Shown one piece after another: positions 1-8,949 of a stretch of DNA of 64,000 bases. Position 1 is the first letter of the stretch. Each line of letters begins with the position of its first letter. The notes below the pieces were generated by a model. The model did not search any database. It was not told where the DNA came from and worked only from the letters and a program-made list of their open reading frames with translations. Both the position numbers and the translations under genes were made by a program. This stretch comes from Nitrospirota bacterium (GTDB lineage: Bacteria; Nitrospirota; UBA9217): positions 1,472,001 through 1,536,000 of the forward strand of contig CAWFSF010000006.1 of the NCBI GenBank assembly GCA_963818475.1. The letters run 5' to 3'.

Positions 1-71
1 GTTCCCCCCTTAGAGAAGTGCAGAATCAGTCAAACAGGAAAGGTATGTTTCTTTACCGGAAGCAGGTATTG

Positions 72-100
72 AGTATTTCATACATAGGCAACAATGTCAA
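72..100 (-). promoter_or_regulatory. sigma70-like promoter for a gene leaving the window to the left
   Basis: Minus strand TTGACA (100-95)-17 bp-AATACT (77-72); purine-rich RBS-like run at 1-12 on minus strand. Confidence 0.45.
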
Positions 101-187
101 TAAAACACTGTTTGTCTGGTGGGTAAAAGAAAGCGGTTTTTTCCAGAAAAGCCGGCAGGTCCGACAACAAATTTTTACCGGGTTCAG

Positions 188-352
188 TCAGCTACGTTCA
201 ACAACACATCCATCGCAGGAAAAATCATTCAGCGCAATAAGTTCCTGCCTTCTTAAGGCACAGAGATGCGATGTCACCATATCCCCGAATAATTTACAGG
301 GGAACGTATCTTTCAACTCTGGGGACTCGGAACTTTCAAATCCAGAGCTCAT
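188..352 (-). CDS. small Cys-rich hypothetical protein (54 aa)
   Basis: ATG preceded by GAAGGGAAGG; MSSGFES...CKLFG...HLC...CDGC, four Cys. Confidence 0.45.
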   Translation of the reverse strand: MSSGFESSESPELKDTFPCKLFGDMVTSHLCALRRQELIALNDFSCDGCVVERS

Positions 353-776
353 ACCCACTAACCTTCCCTTCTTCGAATAAGTCTGTGACACGAGAATTCG
401 CACTCATGTCACAGTGAACTACTCTTATTTCGTTGGGGCTATAATTCCTACAGACGCTGATAGCAAAATAAATGCAAATAATGTTCTTTTAGATTTAATC
501 TTTTTATTTTCAATTAGTTACAAACGTTGCAGATTTACACTGTGAGCACAAGTGCGCACATGAGTAATAAATTTCGCTCATAATGATCATATTTCATCAA
601 TACTGACTTCTATGATTAGAATGTTTTTCGCTTGCATTTTCCGGAAAATTTGCTAAACTTTTCAGGTTGTTAGACATAACGAAAATGAATCCTTCTTCTA
701 CCACGCATGCGGTCTGTCATTTAGCAGTTTTCTGAGCAGATATCTATTCCTGTAAACAATACGGAGGAAGCTGACC

Positions 777-1355
777 ATGCCGAAAAAAAAGATCAAGAAA
801 AAAGCCAAAAAAACCGCTCTTCGCAAGACTGCCGCAAAATCCGTAAAGAAAACTGCGAAAAAAAAGGCGCTCAAAAAATCGGTCATAAAAAAAGCGGCTA
901 AAAAGAAGGTGATCAAAAAAAAGGTCGCGAAGAAAAAATCCGTCACCGCAAAGAAACCGGCTAGAAAGCGGGCTGCGCCGAAAAAACCGTCAATGCCCGG
1001 CTTGCGGAAAAAGGCGGTGATGGTGACACCCGGCCCTCAGCCAACAGGTATTCCACCGGTAGAGGAACCATCAACGAACGAAGAAGCGCTCGGCGTGGTA
1101 ACCCATTACTACAGCCATCTCGGCGTTGCTGTGATCCAGTTGAACAAAGGGACGCTCAGGGTAGGCAATACGATTCACGTGAAAGGCCATAGCACGGACT
1201 TTTCCCAGGCGATTGAATCCATGGAGTATGAACACCAGCATATTAACGAGGCCTCGGCAGGCCAAAGCGTCGGACTCAAGGTAAATGATCATGTCCGTGA
1301 ACACGACATTGTGTATCTTCGTAAAATAACGGCATGCACATCATTGACAGGATAA
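777..1355 (+). CDS. Lys/Ala-rich histone-H1-like tail fused to translation-elongation-factor-like beta-barrel
   Basis: GGAGG RBS; ~70 aa KKAAKK-type low complexity; C-terminus LGVVTHYYSHLGVAVIQL...LRVGNTIHVKGHSTDFSQAIESMEYEH...VGLKV..VREHD. Confidence 0.75.
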   Translation: MPKKKIKKKAKKTALRKTAAKSVKKTAKKKALKKSVIKKAAKKKVIKKKVAKKKSVTAKKPARKRAAPKKPSMPGLRKKAVMVTPGPQPTGIPPVEEPSTNEEALGVVTHYYSHLGVAVIQLNKGTLRVGNTIHVKGHSTDFSQAIESMEYEHQHINEASAGQSVGLKVNDHVREHDIVYLRKITACTSLTG

Positions 1356-1400
1356 CGGATCATGGCCGGTCCTGAAAACCGTGCAATGCGGATTGCAACC

Positions 1401-1437
1401 GTTAGCGCAGATTCTCGTATCTGCGCTAACTTATTTT
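1401..1437 (+). terminator. intrinsic terminator
   Basis: 12-bp stem GTTAGCGCAGAT/ATCTGCGCTAAC followed by TTATTTT. Confidence 0.75.
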
Positions 1438-1462
1438 CATATCAGCACCCGTGTGGTACAAT
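1434..1462 (+). promoter_or_regulatory. hflX promoter, extended -10
   Basis: TG-G-TACAAT at 1454-1462; TTTTCA 17 bp upstream. Confidence 0.55.
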
Positions 1463-1498
1463 AGAGCGGTATTGCATGCTGTTGCCAAAGGAGCCGCC

Positions 1499-3155
1499 AT
1501 CTCAACCGTTCATGGAAACATAGCCGGGCTTAAACCCGCGGAAATCAAGACACTGGAACGGCTTTATCGGAGAAAGAACCCTCCAAACACGCTGATCACG
1601 CCTGAAGCAGGCCGTGCGCTGACCGAAGCGTCATCGGCGATCAACAGACAGGTCGGTCTTATCATTGACCGCTCCGGCGCCGTCAAAGACGTGCTGGTCG
1701 GTTCCGACCGCGACATTCTCATTCCCGATCTTTCCGCATACCGGCTCGGCACGCGCCGCCTTCGCGGGGTCCGGTTCATTCATACCCATCTGCGAGACCA
1801 GCCGCTGAACCAGGAGGACCTCACCGACCTGGCGCTCCTCCGGCTCGACATGATCGCCGCGCTTACGGTCCGGCCTGACGGCCTGCCCGGCGCCATCTCC
1901 GTTGCCCATCTGGTGCCGCCGAACCAGGACCAGAAGCTCTACGAGATCCTCCCGCCCCGATCCATTCACGAGCTTGACCTCGATGCAGCCAACTTTATTG
2001 CCGAGATCGAACGTGAGATGGAGCGTGCCCAGACTGCGGTCGCAGTCGGAAAAAAGGACCGTGCCATACTGGTCAGCGTCTCTAAAAAAGGCCGGTCCGA
2101 GCAGGAAGAATCGATCGAAGAGCTCAAGGAACTCGCCCGGACGGACAACATCCAGGTGCTGGATGCCGTGATCCAGCGGCCCCATGACATCAATCCCCGG
2201 TTCCTGCTCGGCGAGGGGAAGCTCAAGGAGCTCATCATCCGCTCGCAGCAGCTCGGCGCCGACCTTATTGTCTTCGACCAGAACCTGACCCCGGCCCAGG
2301 TGAGGTCCATCGGCGATATGACCGAGATGCGCGTCATCGATCGCACGCAGCTCATCCTCGATATCTTTGCGCGCCGTGCACACAGCGGCGACGGCAAGGT
2401 CCAGGTCGAGCTTGCACAGCTCAAGTACCGCATCCCCCGCTTGTCGGAGCGTTCGACCGCGCTTTCGCGCCTCACCGGAGGCATTGGAGGCAGGGGCCCC
2501 GGCGAGACCCGCCTCGAGATCGATATGCGGCGGGCGACGGGACAAGCTGCGAAGGCTTGAAAAGCAGCTCGAAGCACTCGGCAAGGCGCGTCACCAGCGC
2601 CGGGAGCGGCGTGTCCGGAGCGCCATTCCCATCGTTTCGATCGCCGGGTACACCAATGCCGGCAAATCCACCCTTTTCAACACGCTGACAAGGTCCGCTG
2701 TTACGTCCGAGGACCTGCTCTTTGCGACGCTCGACACCGCAACGCGGAGGCTCCGTTTTCCGCGTGACCGCGAGGTGGTCATTACCGACACCGTCGGATT
2801 CATCAAGGACCTGCCGAAGGACCTGCTGGGTGCATTCCGCGCCACGCTCGACGAGATGCAGGATGCGGACCTGATCGTGCATGTCGTGGACATCAGCAAT
2901 CCCCGGTTCGAGCATCAGATGGAGTCGGTGGACAAATTGATCCTCGAACTCGGCCTTGACCATATCCCGCGGCTGGTCGTTTTCAACAAGGTCGATCTCG
3001 TGAATCCCCTCTGGGCGAAGGTCATCGCAGCTCGTTTTAACGGCGTCGTCTGCTCGGCGATACATCCGGAGACCTTCGGAGCTTTACTGGGGGCTATTGA
3101 GAAGAGGCTTTGGGGGGAAGAGAGTTCGGGGTCAGGAGTTCAAAGTTCGGAGTAA
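1499..3155 (+). CDS. hflX: GTPase HflX, long form with N-terminal extension; frameshift near 2540 (probable sequencing error); probable ATC start
   Basis: [48 protein letters not shown] motifs split across ORFs 1451-2560 and 2367-3155. Confidence 0.93.
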
Positions 3156-3224
3156 TCCGTGTGATTCAATGAGGCTAGAAGTTTTCCGCTTTTATTCCGC
3201 AATCCGAAATCCGAAATCCGAAAT
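3123..3224. repeat. 7-bp-period repeat between convergent hflX and pmbA ends
   Basis: GTTCGGGGTCAGGAGTTCAAAGTTCGGAGT ... TTCCGCAATCCGAAATCCGAAATCCGAAAT. Confidence 0.65.
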
Positions 3225-3243
3225 GGATCATTCCGCATTAAAA

Positions 3244-4588
3244 TCACTTCCCGCCGATCGACAGTTCCCTCACGCGAAGCGACGGGCAGTTGATCCTGCC
3301 GGTGAACCTGAGGTCACTGCCCACAGCATCGATGTTTTTCATAAGATCAAGGATGTTGCCCGCAATCGTGATCTCGCGCACGGGATAGGCCTTTCTCCCG
3401 TTCTCGATCCAAAACCCGGTGGCGCCCACGGAAAAATCTCCCGATATGGGATTGGCGGTATGGATCCCCATCACCTCGGTGACATAGAGGCCGCTGCTGG
3501 TGGCGCTGATAAGCTCGTTCAGCGAGTAAGGGCCCGGCTCGACATAGAGGTTCGTCACGCCGACCATCGGCACTCCCTTAAACCCGCCGCGCATGCCGTT
3601 CCCGGTAGAGAGCGTCCTGTCCTTGTTGGCAGAATAGGTATTATAGAGGAACAGGGTGAGCCTGCCCTTGTCGATGACCGTTTTTTTCTTCGTGGGAACG
3701 CATTCATCATCGGACGGTGCAGTGCCGAGACCGCCCTCGAGCAGGCCGTCGTCGTACACCGTGATGAGCGGTGAAACGACCTCCTGACCCAGTTTCCCGA
3801 TGAACAGGGACTTTTTCTTTTGCACGTTCTCCGCCGAGAAACCGCTGGCCATGATCGCCAGGAATTCCTCGGCCACCAGGGCATCAAGGATCACCGGCGC
3901 CTTGACCGAACCAATCGTTTTCGCGCCGAGCAGATCGAGCGCCCTGCGCGCGGCGCGCCGTCCCACCTCTTCGATCCCGAGCTTGCGGTAAAACCTGTTC
4001 ACATCGAAGTCCGAACCGGCCTGCGATTCTCCCTGGTCCTCGGCAACCACTTCAATGCTCGACGAGGCTGCCGTGCCCTGGTACGAAACCAGCGCTCCGT
4101 GGGTATTGGCGATGATCGTCTCTGAAGACGAGAAGCTCGCCGATGCTTTTCGCATGCGCTTGATCCGCGGGTCGACGGCAAATGCCTCGCGTTCCATGGC
4201 CATAACGCGTTCGATCTTCTCTTTTTCGGATAATTGCGGTATCTCAGGATCGAACATGGCCACTGACCGGTAGGGCATCGACGGCTTTTCAGGAATGGCG
4301 TGGAAGGGATCGGGTTCGGTTGTGCGGGCGTTCGTAACGGCAGCTTCGGCCAGGACCGCGAGGGCGCTTGTCCGATAGATCGGTCGTAAAGGCAAAACCC
4401 ATGTGCCCGTTCACCAGCACACGCAGGCCCGCCCCGATATCATGAGCGCGGTCGAAGGCATCGACCTTCTGTTCTTTTACTTCAATGGATGTGGCACGAT
4501 AAGAACGGAGATAGACCTCTGCGGCATCAGCATGAAGGGACGAAGCTAGCGTGAGGATCTTATCGGCGGTCTGCGGGGTGATAACCAT
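3244..4588 (-). CDS. pmbA: TldD/PmbA family protein (PmbA/TldE type); frameshift near 4370
   Basis: AEVYL...GAGLRVLVNGHMGFAFTTD in ORF 4289-4624; DDECVP, STGNG, NPISGDFSVG..G.WIENG, EITIAGN in ORF 3244-4395. Confidence 0.88.
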
Positions 4589-4703
4589 AGTAAATACCGT
4601 TGGACCAATGTGCTCCGTCCGCAATGACAGGACAAACCATATTCTTTGATGATCCGGCTGGATTCGACGTCATGCACCGCCGCAGTGCTGCGGCCATGAC
4701 CAT

Positions 4704-5072
4704 TTAGTCGAAGTAGCTGGCCGACGCAGTATCGGACTCCCATACCGTGACGCTCGCGACTTCGAGATCGTCGCCGTTGAGCTTCTTCGCCATGGTGTCG
4801 TAGATCCACTTGGCAAGGTTCTCCGACGAGGGATTGATCTGCGTGAACGGAAAGATATCGTTGAGGAATGTGTGCTCCAGCTGATCGAGCACCTCACGCA
4901 GGGACTTTTTGAGATCGTGAAAATCGACGGCAAGACCGATATCGTTCAGACGCTCGGCCGTCACCGCGATCGTAACGCGCCAGTTATGGCCATGCAATTT
5001 CTCGCATTTTCCCTGGTAACCGCGCAACTGATGTGCAGCGGCAAATTTAGATTCTATCATAAGTTCGTACAT
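4704..5072 (-). CDS. queD: 6-carboxytetrahydropterin synthase
   Basis: FAAAHQL, KCEKLHGHNW, LEHTFLND, NPSSENLA, VWES motifs. Confidence 0.93.
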   Translation of the reverse strand: MYELMIESKFAAAHQLRGYQGKCEKLHGHNWRVTIAVTAERLNDIGLAVDFHDLKKSLREVLDQLEHTFLNDIFPFTQINPSSENLAKWIYDTMAKKLNGDDLEVASVTVWESDTASASYFD

Positions 5073-5079
5073 GCCGAAA

Positions 5080-5108
5080 ATAATAAGTGATATACGATCA
5101 AATGTCAA
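5080..5108 (-). promoter_or_regulatory. queD sigma70 promoter (leaderless geometry)
   Basis: TTGACA-17-TATTAT, 7 nt before ATG, no SD. Confidence 0.7.
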
Positions 5109-5161
5109 CACTAAACAGCCGGACGTGTTCCGGGTCCGGGCGTCATGGGAAGAAATATTTC

Positions 5162-5190
5162 TTGCAAATGAAGCTGAATTCAGATATCAT
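5162..5190 (+). promoter_or_regulatory. sigma70 promoter of hfq cluster
   Basis: TTGCAA-17-TATCAT, 7 nt before ATG 5198. Confidence 0.6.
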
Positions 5191-5197
5191 TTTTTTA

Positions 5198-5669
5198 ATG
5201 GAAGTGATGAAAGAAGAGTCGCGGCACACGATCGAACCACAGTTCCTGTCCCAGGCGCAAACAACCGGTGTCAGGGTTCGTATCGGCTTGATGAACAAGA
5301 CGGAACACGAAGGGATCATCCGCGATATCGGACGCTACGAGCTTAATCTCGAAGAAAACGGCAGAACGGTCACGCTGTTGAAGCAGGAAATTTCCTTTGT
5401 GGCCGCCCCCCACGCACTCATTGCCTCTCCTTCAGCTGCTACGCCGCAGGAACTGCCCGCTGCTGGAGTCTCCGGCAGGGAGACCAAATATCCAGCAGGA
5501 ATTTCTGGACAAAGCCATGGCCGAGAACCAGGTCCTTACCCTTTTTCTTATCAACGGCCAGCGGATCAAGGCGAACATCGAGGCATACGATAATTTCACG
5601 GTCCTGCTCAATGAAGGGGGCAGGCAGCACCTCTACTATAAACATGCGATCACCACGATCAATCGCTGA
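5198..5669 (+). CDS. hfq: tandem two-domain Hfq/Sm-like RNA chaperone; frameshift in linker near 5480
   Basis: Domain 1 IEPQFL...VRIGLMN...GIIRDIGRYEL...LLKQEISFV; domain 2 NIQQEFL...LFLINGQRIKANIEAYDNFTVLL...HLYYKHAITTI. Confidence 0.75.
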
Positions 5670-5814
5670 CGCAGTATCCCTCTGAAAGTGTATCAGGTCA
5701 ATGATGGACAGGAAGATCGAACAGGCCAACAGAACCGCATCCAGGATCCCGCCTCAGTGCGCCGTCGTGCTGTTCCGATGTTCATCTGCAATCCTTCCCC
5801 GGTGAGGTACCCCC

Positions 5815-6219
5815 ATGGAAACGAATCTCCTCGATAGAATGCTGAGCTCCTACATGGCCGAACAGTCATCAGTGACGGTCACGCTTCAGAACAAGATCAA
5901 GATCTCGGGAAAGATCAAGGCTTTTGACAGTTACGTCATCATGATGGAGAAACCGAAGCGCGAGATCCTGTACCGGCATGCCATCTCAAGCATCGCGCTC
6001 CACCTGCAGGAAGAGATAAAGCATGCCCCGGCAGCGCCCAGACCGGCATTGACCAACAAGCCGTCACCGGTGAAGACGCCGGCCAGATCAACCAGACCTG
6101 CAGCACCGAAACCCCGTCCCCAGCAGCCAGCCACGCCTGCCGCAGCGGATCAGAACGTCAGCAACAGCATGAAAGAAGGGCTGCTCCGCTGGATGCAGGA
6201 ACAAAAGGCGGCAAAATAG
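5815..6219 (+). CDS. divergent Hfq-family protein with Pro/Ala-rich C-terminal tail
   Basis: NLLDRML...VTVTLQNKIKISGKIKAFDSYVIMM...ILYRHAISSI. Confidence 0.8.
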   Translation: METNLLDRMLSSYMAEQSSVTVTLQNKIKISGKIKAFDSYVIMMEKPKREILYRHAISSIALHLQEEIKHAPAAPRPALTNKPSPVKTPARSTRPAAPKPRPQQPATPAAADQNVSNSMKEGLLRWMQEQKAAK

Positions 6220-6220
6220 C

Positions 6221-7757
6221 ATGAACCTCCGCACTGCGGCGCTGGCAGCCGTCTCAGGCCTGCTGTTGGCGGCTTCTTTTCCGACCATCCAGCTTCACCT
6301 TCTTGCCTGGTTCGCCCTGGTCCCCCTGTTCATCGCGCTCAAAGGCAGCTCCGTCAGGAACGGCTTCTGGACCGGGGGCATCACCGGCCTTGTCTATTTT
6401 GCCGGCACTGTGCATTGGGTCACCAATTCCGTCCATTTCTACGGCGGCGTACCGCTCATACCGGCTTCGCTGATCACCCTCCTGCTCTGCGCCTATCTTG
6501 CGCTCTACCCTGCCTTGTTCAGCGCGGCCCTGATACATATCAGAAAAAACCATCCGTCCCTGGCCTTCCTTGCGGCTCCTGCGCTCTGGACCGCACTTGA
6601 ACTGGCACGAACCTATGTGTTCAGCGGTTTCCCCTGGTCCCTGCTCGGGTATACGCAGTACACGGCGCTTCCCGTCATACAGATTGCCGACATCACCGGT
6701 GTCTATGGCATATCGTTCCTGATCGTGCTGGTGAATGCTGCCCTGGCCGAGCTGATTTTTGACCGCAAACGGTTCATTCCGCTGGTTGCGACGGGATTGG
6801 TCCTTGCGCTGGTACTTTCCTACGGTGTTCTGCAGCTCCGCACGCCCGAAGCAGAAGGAACCTTCAAGGTCGCGGTCATCCAGGGAAACATCGAGCAGGA
6901 CCAGAAGTGGGACCCTGCCTACCAGAAGCAGGTCACCAGCGTGTATGAACGGCTGACGCTCAAGGCCGCGAAGCTGCGTCCGGATCTTATCCTCTGGCCT
7001 GAGACCGCAACTCCTTTTTACTTTAACAGCCCGGGGAAGGCCGACCAGGAACAGACCGTCGACCTGGAGCGCTTCGTGAAAAGCAATCATGTTCCGATCC
7101 TGTTCGGAAGTCCCGACCTACGAGGTCCTTCCCGGAAGGGTGGTCCATCTCAGGAACTCGGCATTCCTGCTCTCCCCGGAAGGCGCGGCCCTGGCCGAAT
7201 ACCACAAGTTCCACCTCGTACCATTTGGCGAGTATGTTCCGCTCAAGAGTGTGCTTTTTTTCGTTGATAAAATGGTCCAGGCGATCGGCGACTTCCAGGC
7301 GGGCAGCGAATACACGGTCATGGCCGTTCCGGTCCCGGGTCAACAGGACGTGAAGGTCAGCACGGTCATCTGCTACGAGATCATCTTTCCGGACCTGGTC
7401 AGACGGTTTGTGAACAAGGGCGCCACGGTGATCACGACCATCACGAACGATGCCTGGTTCGGCCGCACGGCCGCTCCGTACCAGCATTTTTCCATGGCCG
7501 TGTTCCGCGCTGTTGAAAACCGCGTACCCGTGGCCCGCGCGGCCAATACCGGCATCTCGGGGTTCATCGACGCAAAAGGCAAGATTCTGCAGACATCCGG
7601 CATCTTTGTTGAGGCTGATCTCATGCAGGCGCTGGCCCCGGGCACCGTACGAACCTTGTATACCCGCTACGGGGATGTATTTTCGTACCTCTGCGTCATC
7701 TTCACGTTGACCGTACTTTCTGGATACCCTAAAAAGCCGCAGAGCAAAAAACGCTGA
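6221..7757 (+). CDS. lnt: apolipoprotein N-acyltransferase; frameshift near 7110
   Basis: GFPW..LGY, QGNI.Q..KW, WPETA, KFHLVPFGEY, ICYE, TNDAWFG, RAVEN, ANTGIS. Confidence 0.94.
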
Positions 7758-7763
7758 CCCTTT

Positions 7764-7900
7764 AAAAAGCATTTGGACACGGATAAAATCGGATAAGAGC
7801 CGGATAACGGCGGATCCCTCTTGGGTAAAAGGTAAATGCTTTAGAATGTATCCGCTTTAATCAGATGTTCATCCGCCCCTTCCGTGTCCACATTTTTTTT
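7764..7900 (+). repeat. ~135-bp element with inverted ends and 9-bp-period CGGATAA subunits, copy 1
   Basis: AAAAAGCATTTGGACACGGAT...TCCGTGTCCACAT; aligns to reverse complement of 8741-8890. Confidence 0.85.
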
Positions 7901-7916
7901 GCTTACCCCTCTTTTC

Positions 7917-7947
7917 AATCCGCAATCCGAAATCCGCAATCCGAAAT
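7917..7947. repeat. 7-bp tandem repeat AATCCGM
   Basis: AATCCGC AATCCGA AATCCGC AATCCGA AAT; same unit as 3195-3224. Confidence 0.7.
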
Positions 7948-8699
7948 TAGATACTGCAGACCGTCCTGAGGAATTCCGTGGATTTGAGCCGCTTGCCGAG
8001 GATGTGAAAGGTGTGGGCCGAGAAGGTCCGGTCGAGTTCCTGCATGATCGCGGCCGAAGGTTTGAGCCGGCAGATCTTGTCCATGTCCATCCTGAGCGCC
8101 TGGTAGTAGAACCCGATCGCACCCGGTGAAATACGCACCTGAGGGTCGCCTGAAGAGACCATGCAGTCAGGGCAGATGACGCCGCCCTTCATGCTGTGAA
8201 AGACCATCTCCCCTGCAGATTGCCTGCCGCAGGAAAGGCAGTGATCGAGCTTGGGTTGATACCCGAGAAGCGACAGGAACCTGATCTCGAAGATACGGAG
8301 CAGAAAGGTGGGGTCCTCGCCCCCATTCAACAGATGGAGCACGTGGGTAAGCAGGAGAAATGCGGTTGCATTGCGTTCACCCGGAGGGGCCAGCTCCCGT
8401 ACCAGTTCCAGGATGACCGCCCCGACCGCGGCGCGCTGCAGGTCTTCGCAGATCGCGGACGCCTGGGTCAGGATGTCGGCAGACTCGATGCGCAGAAGGT
8501 CCTGATGCTCCCGTTCGTGGAGATGGAGCCGGCAATAGGTGAACGATTCGAGCCCTGCGCCGAAGCGCCGGAAGGACTTGCGGGCGTTCTTGGCAACGCC
8601 CTTCTGCATGCCCCGGTCGAGGGAAAAGAACGTGACCAGCTTGTCAGCCTCGCCCAGGTTCATGCTGCTGATGATTATTGCTTCGGTTTTGGATCTCAT
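7947..8699 (-). CDS. recO: DNA repair protein RecO
   Basis: GEADKLVTFFS..RG...GVAKNARKS..RFG; FE.R.L..LGY.P.L..C..CG...GG..C..C. Confidence 0.93.
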   Translation of the reverse strand: MRSKTEAIIISSMNLGEADKLVTFFSLDRGMQKGVAKNARKSFRRFGAGLESFTYCRLHLHEREHQDLLRIESADILTQASAICEDLQRAAVGAVILELVRELAPPGERNATAFLLLTHVLHLLNGGEDPTFLLRIFEIRFLSLLGYQPKLDHCLSCGRQSAGEMVFHSMKGGVICPDCMVSSGDPQVRISPGAIGFYYQALRMDMDKICRLKPSAAIMQELDRTFSAHTFHILGKRLKSTEFLRTVCSI

Positions 8700-8740
8700 G
8701 GATTACCTGAATTTACGACGAGCGCATTATCCTAAAAACG

Positions 8741-8890
8741 GCATTTGGACACGGAAGAATCGGAAACATCTGATTAACGCGGATAAATTCTAAAGCAAAG
8801 CATTCACCTGTTGGGTGAACCTCTTATAAAAGAAATAATCCGCCGTTATCCGGCTCTTATCCGTGTTAATCCGTGTCCAAATGCTTTTTT
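8741..8890 (-). repeat. ~150-bp element, copy 2, inverted relative to 7764-7900
   Basis: GCATTTGGACACGGA...ATCCGCCGTTATCCGGCTCTTATCCGTGTTAATCCGTGTCCAAATGCTTTTTT. Confidence 0.85.
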
Positions 8891-8949
8891 AAGGATTATA
8901 CACTGGCGAGGGGAAAGAAATAAAGAAGGAATAAGAGGACATCCGGGCA

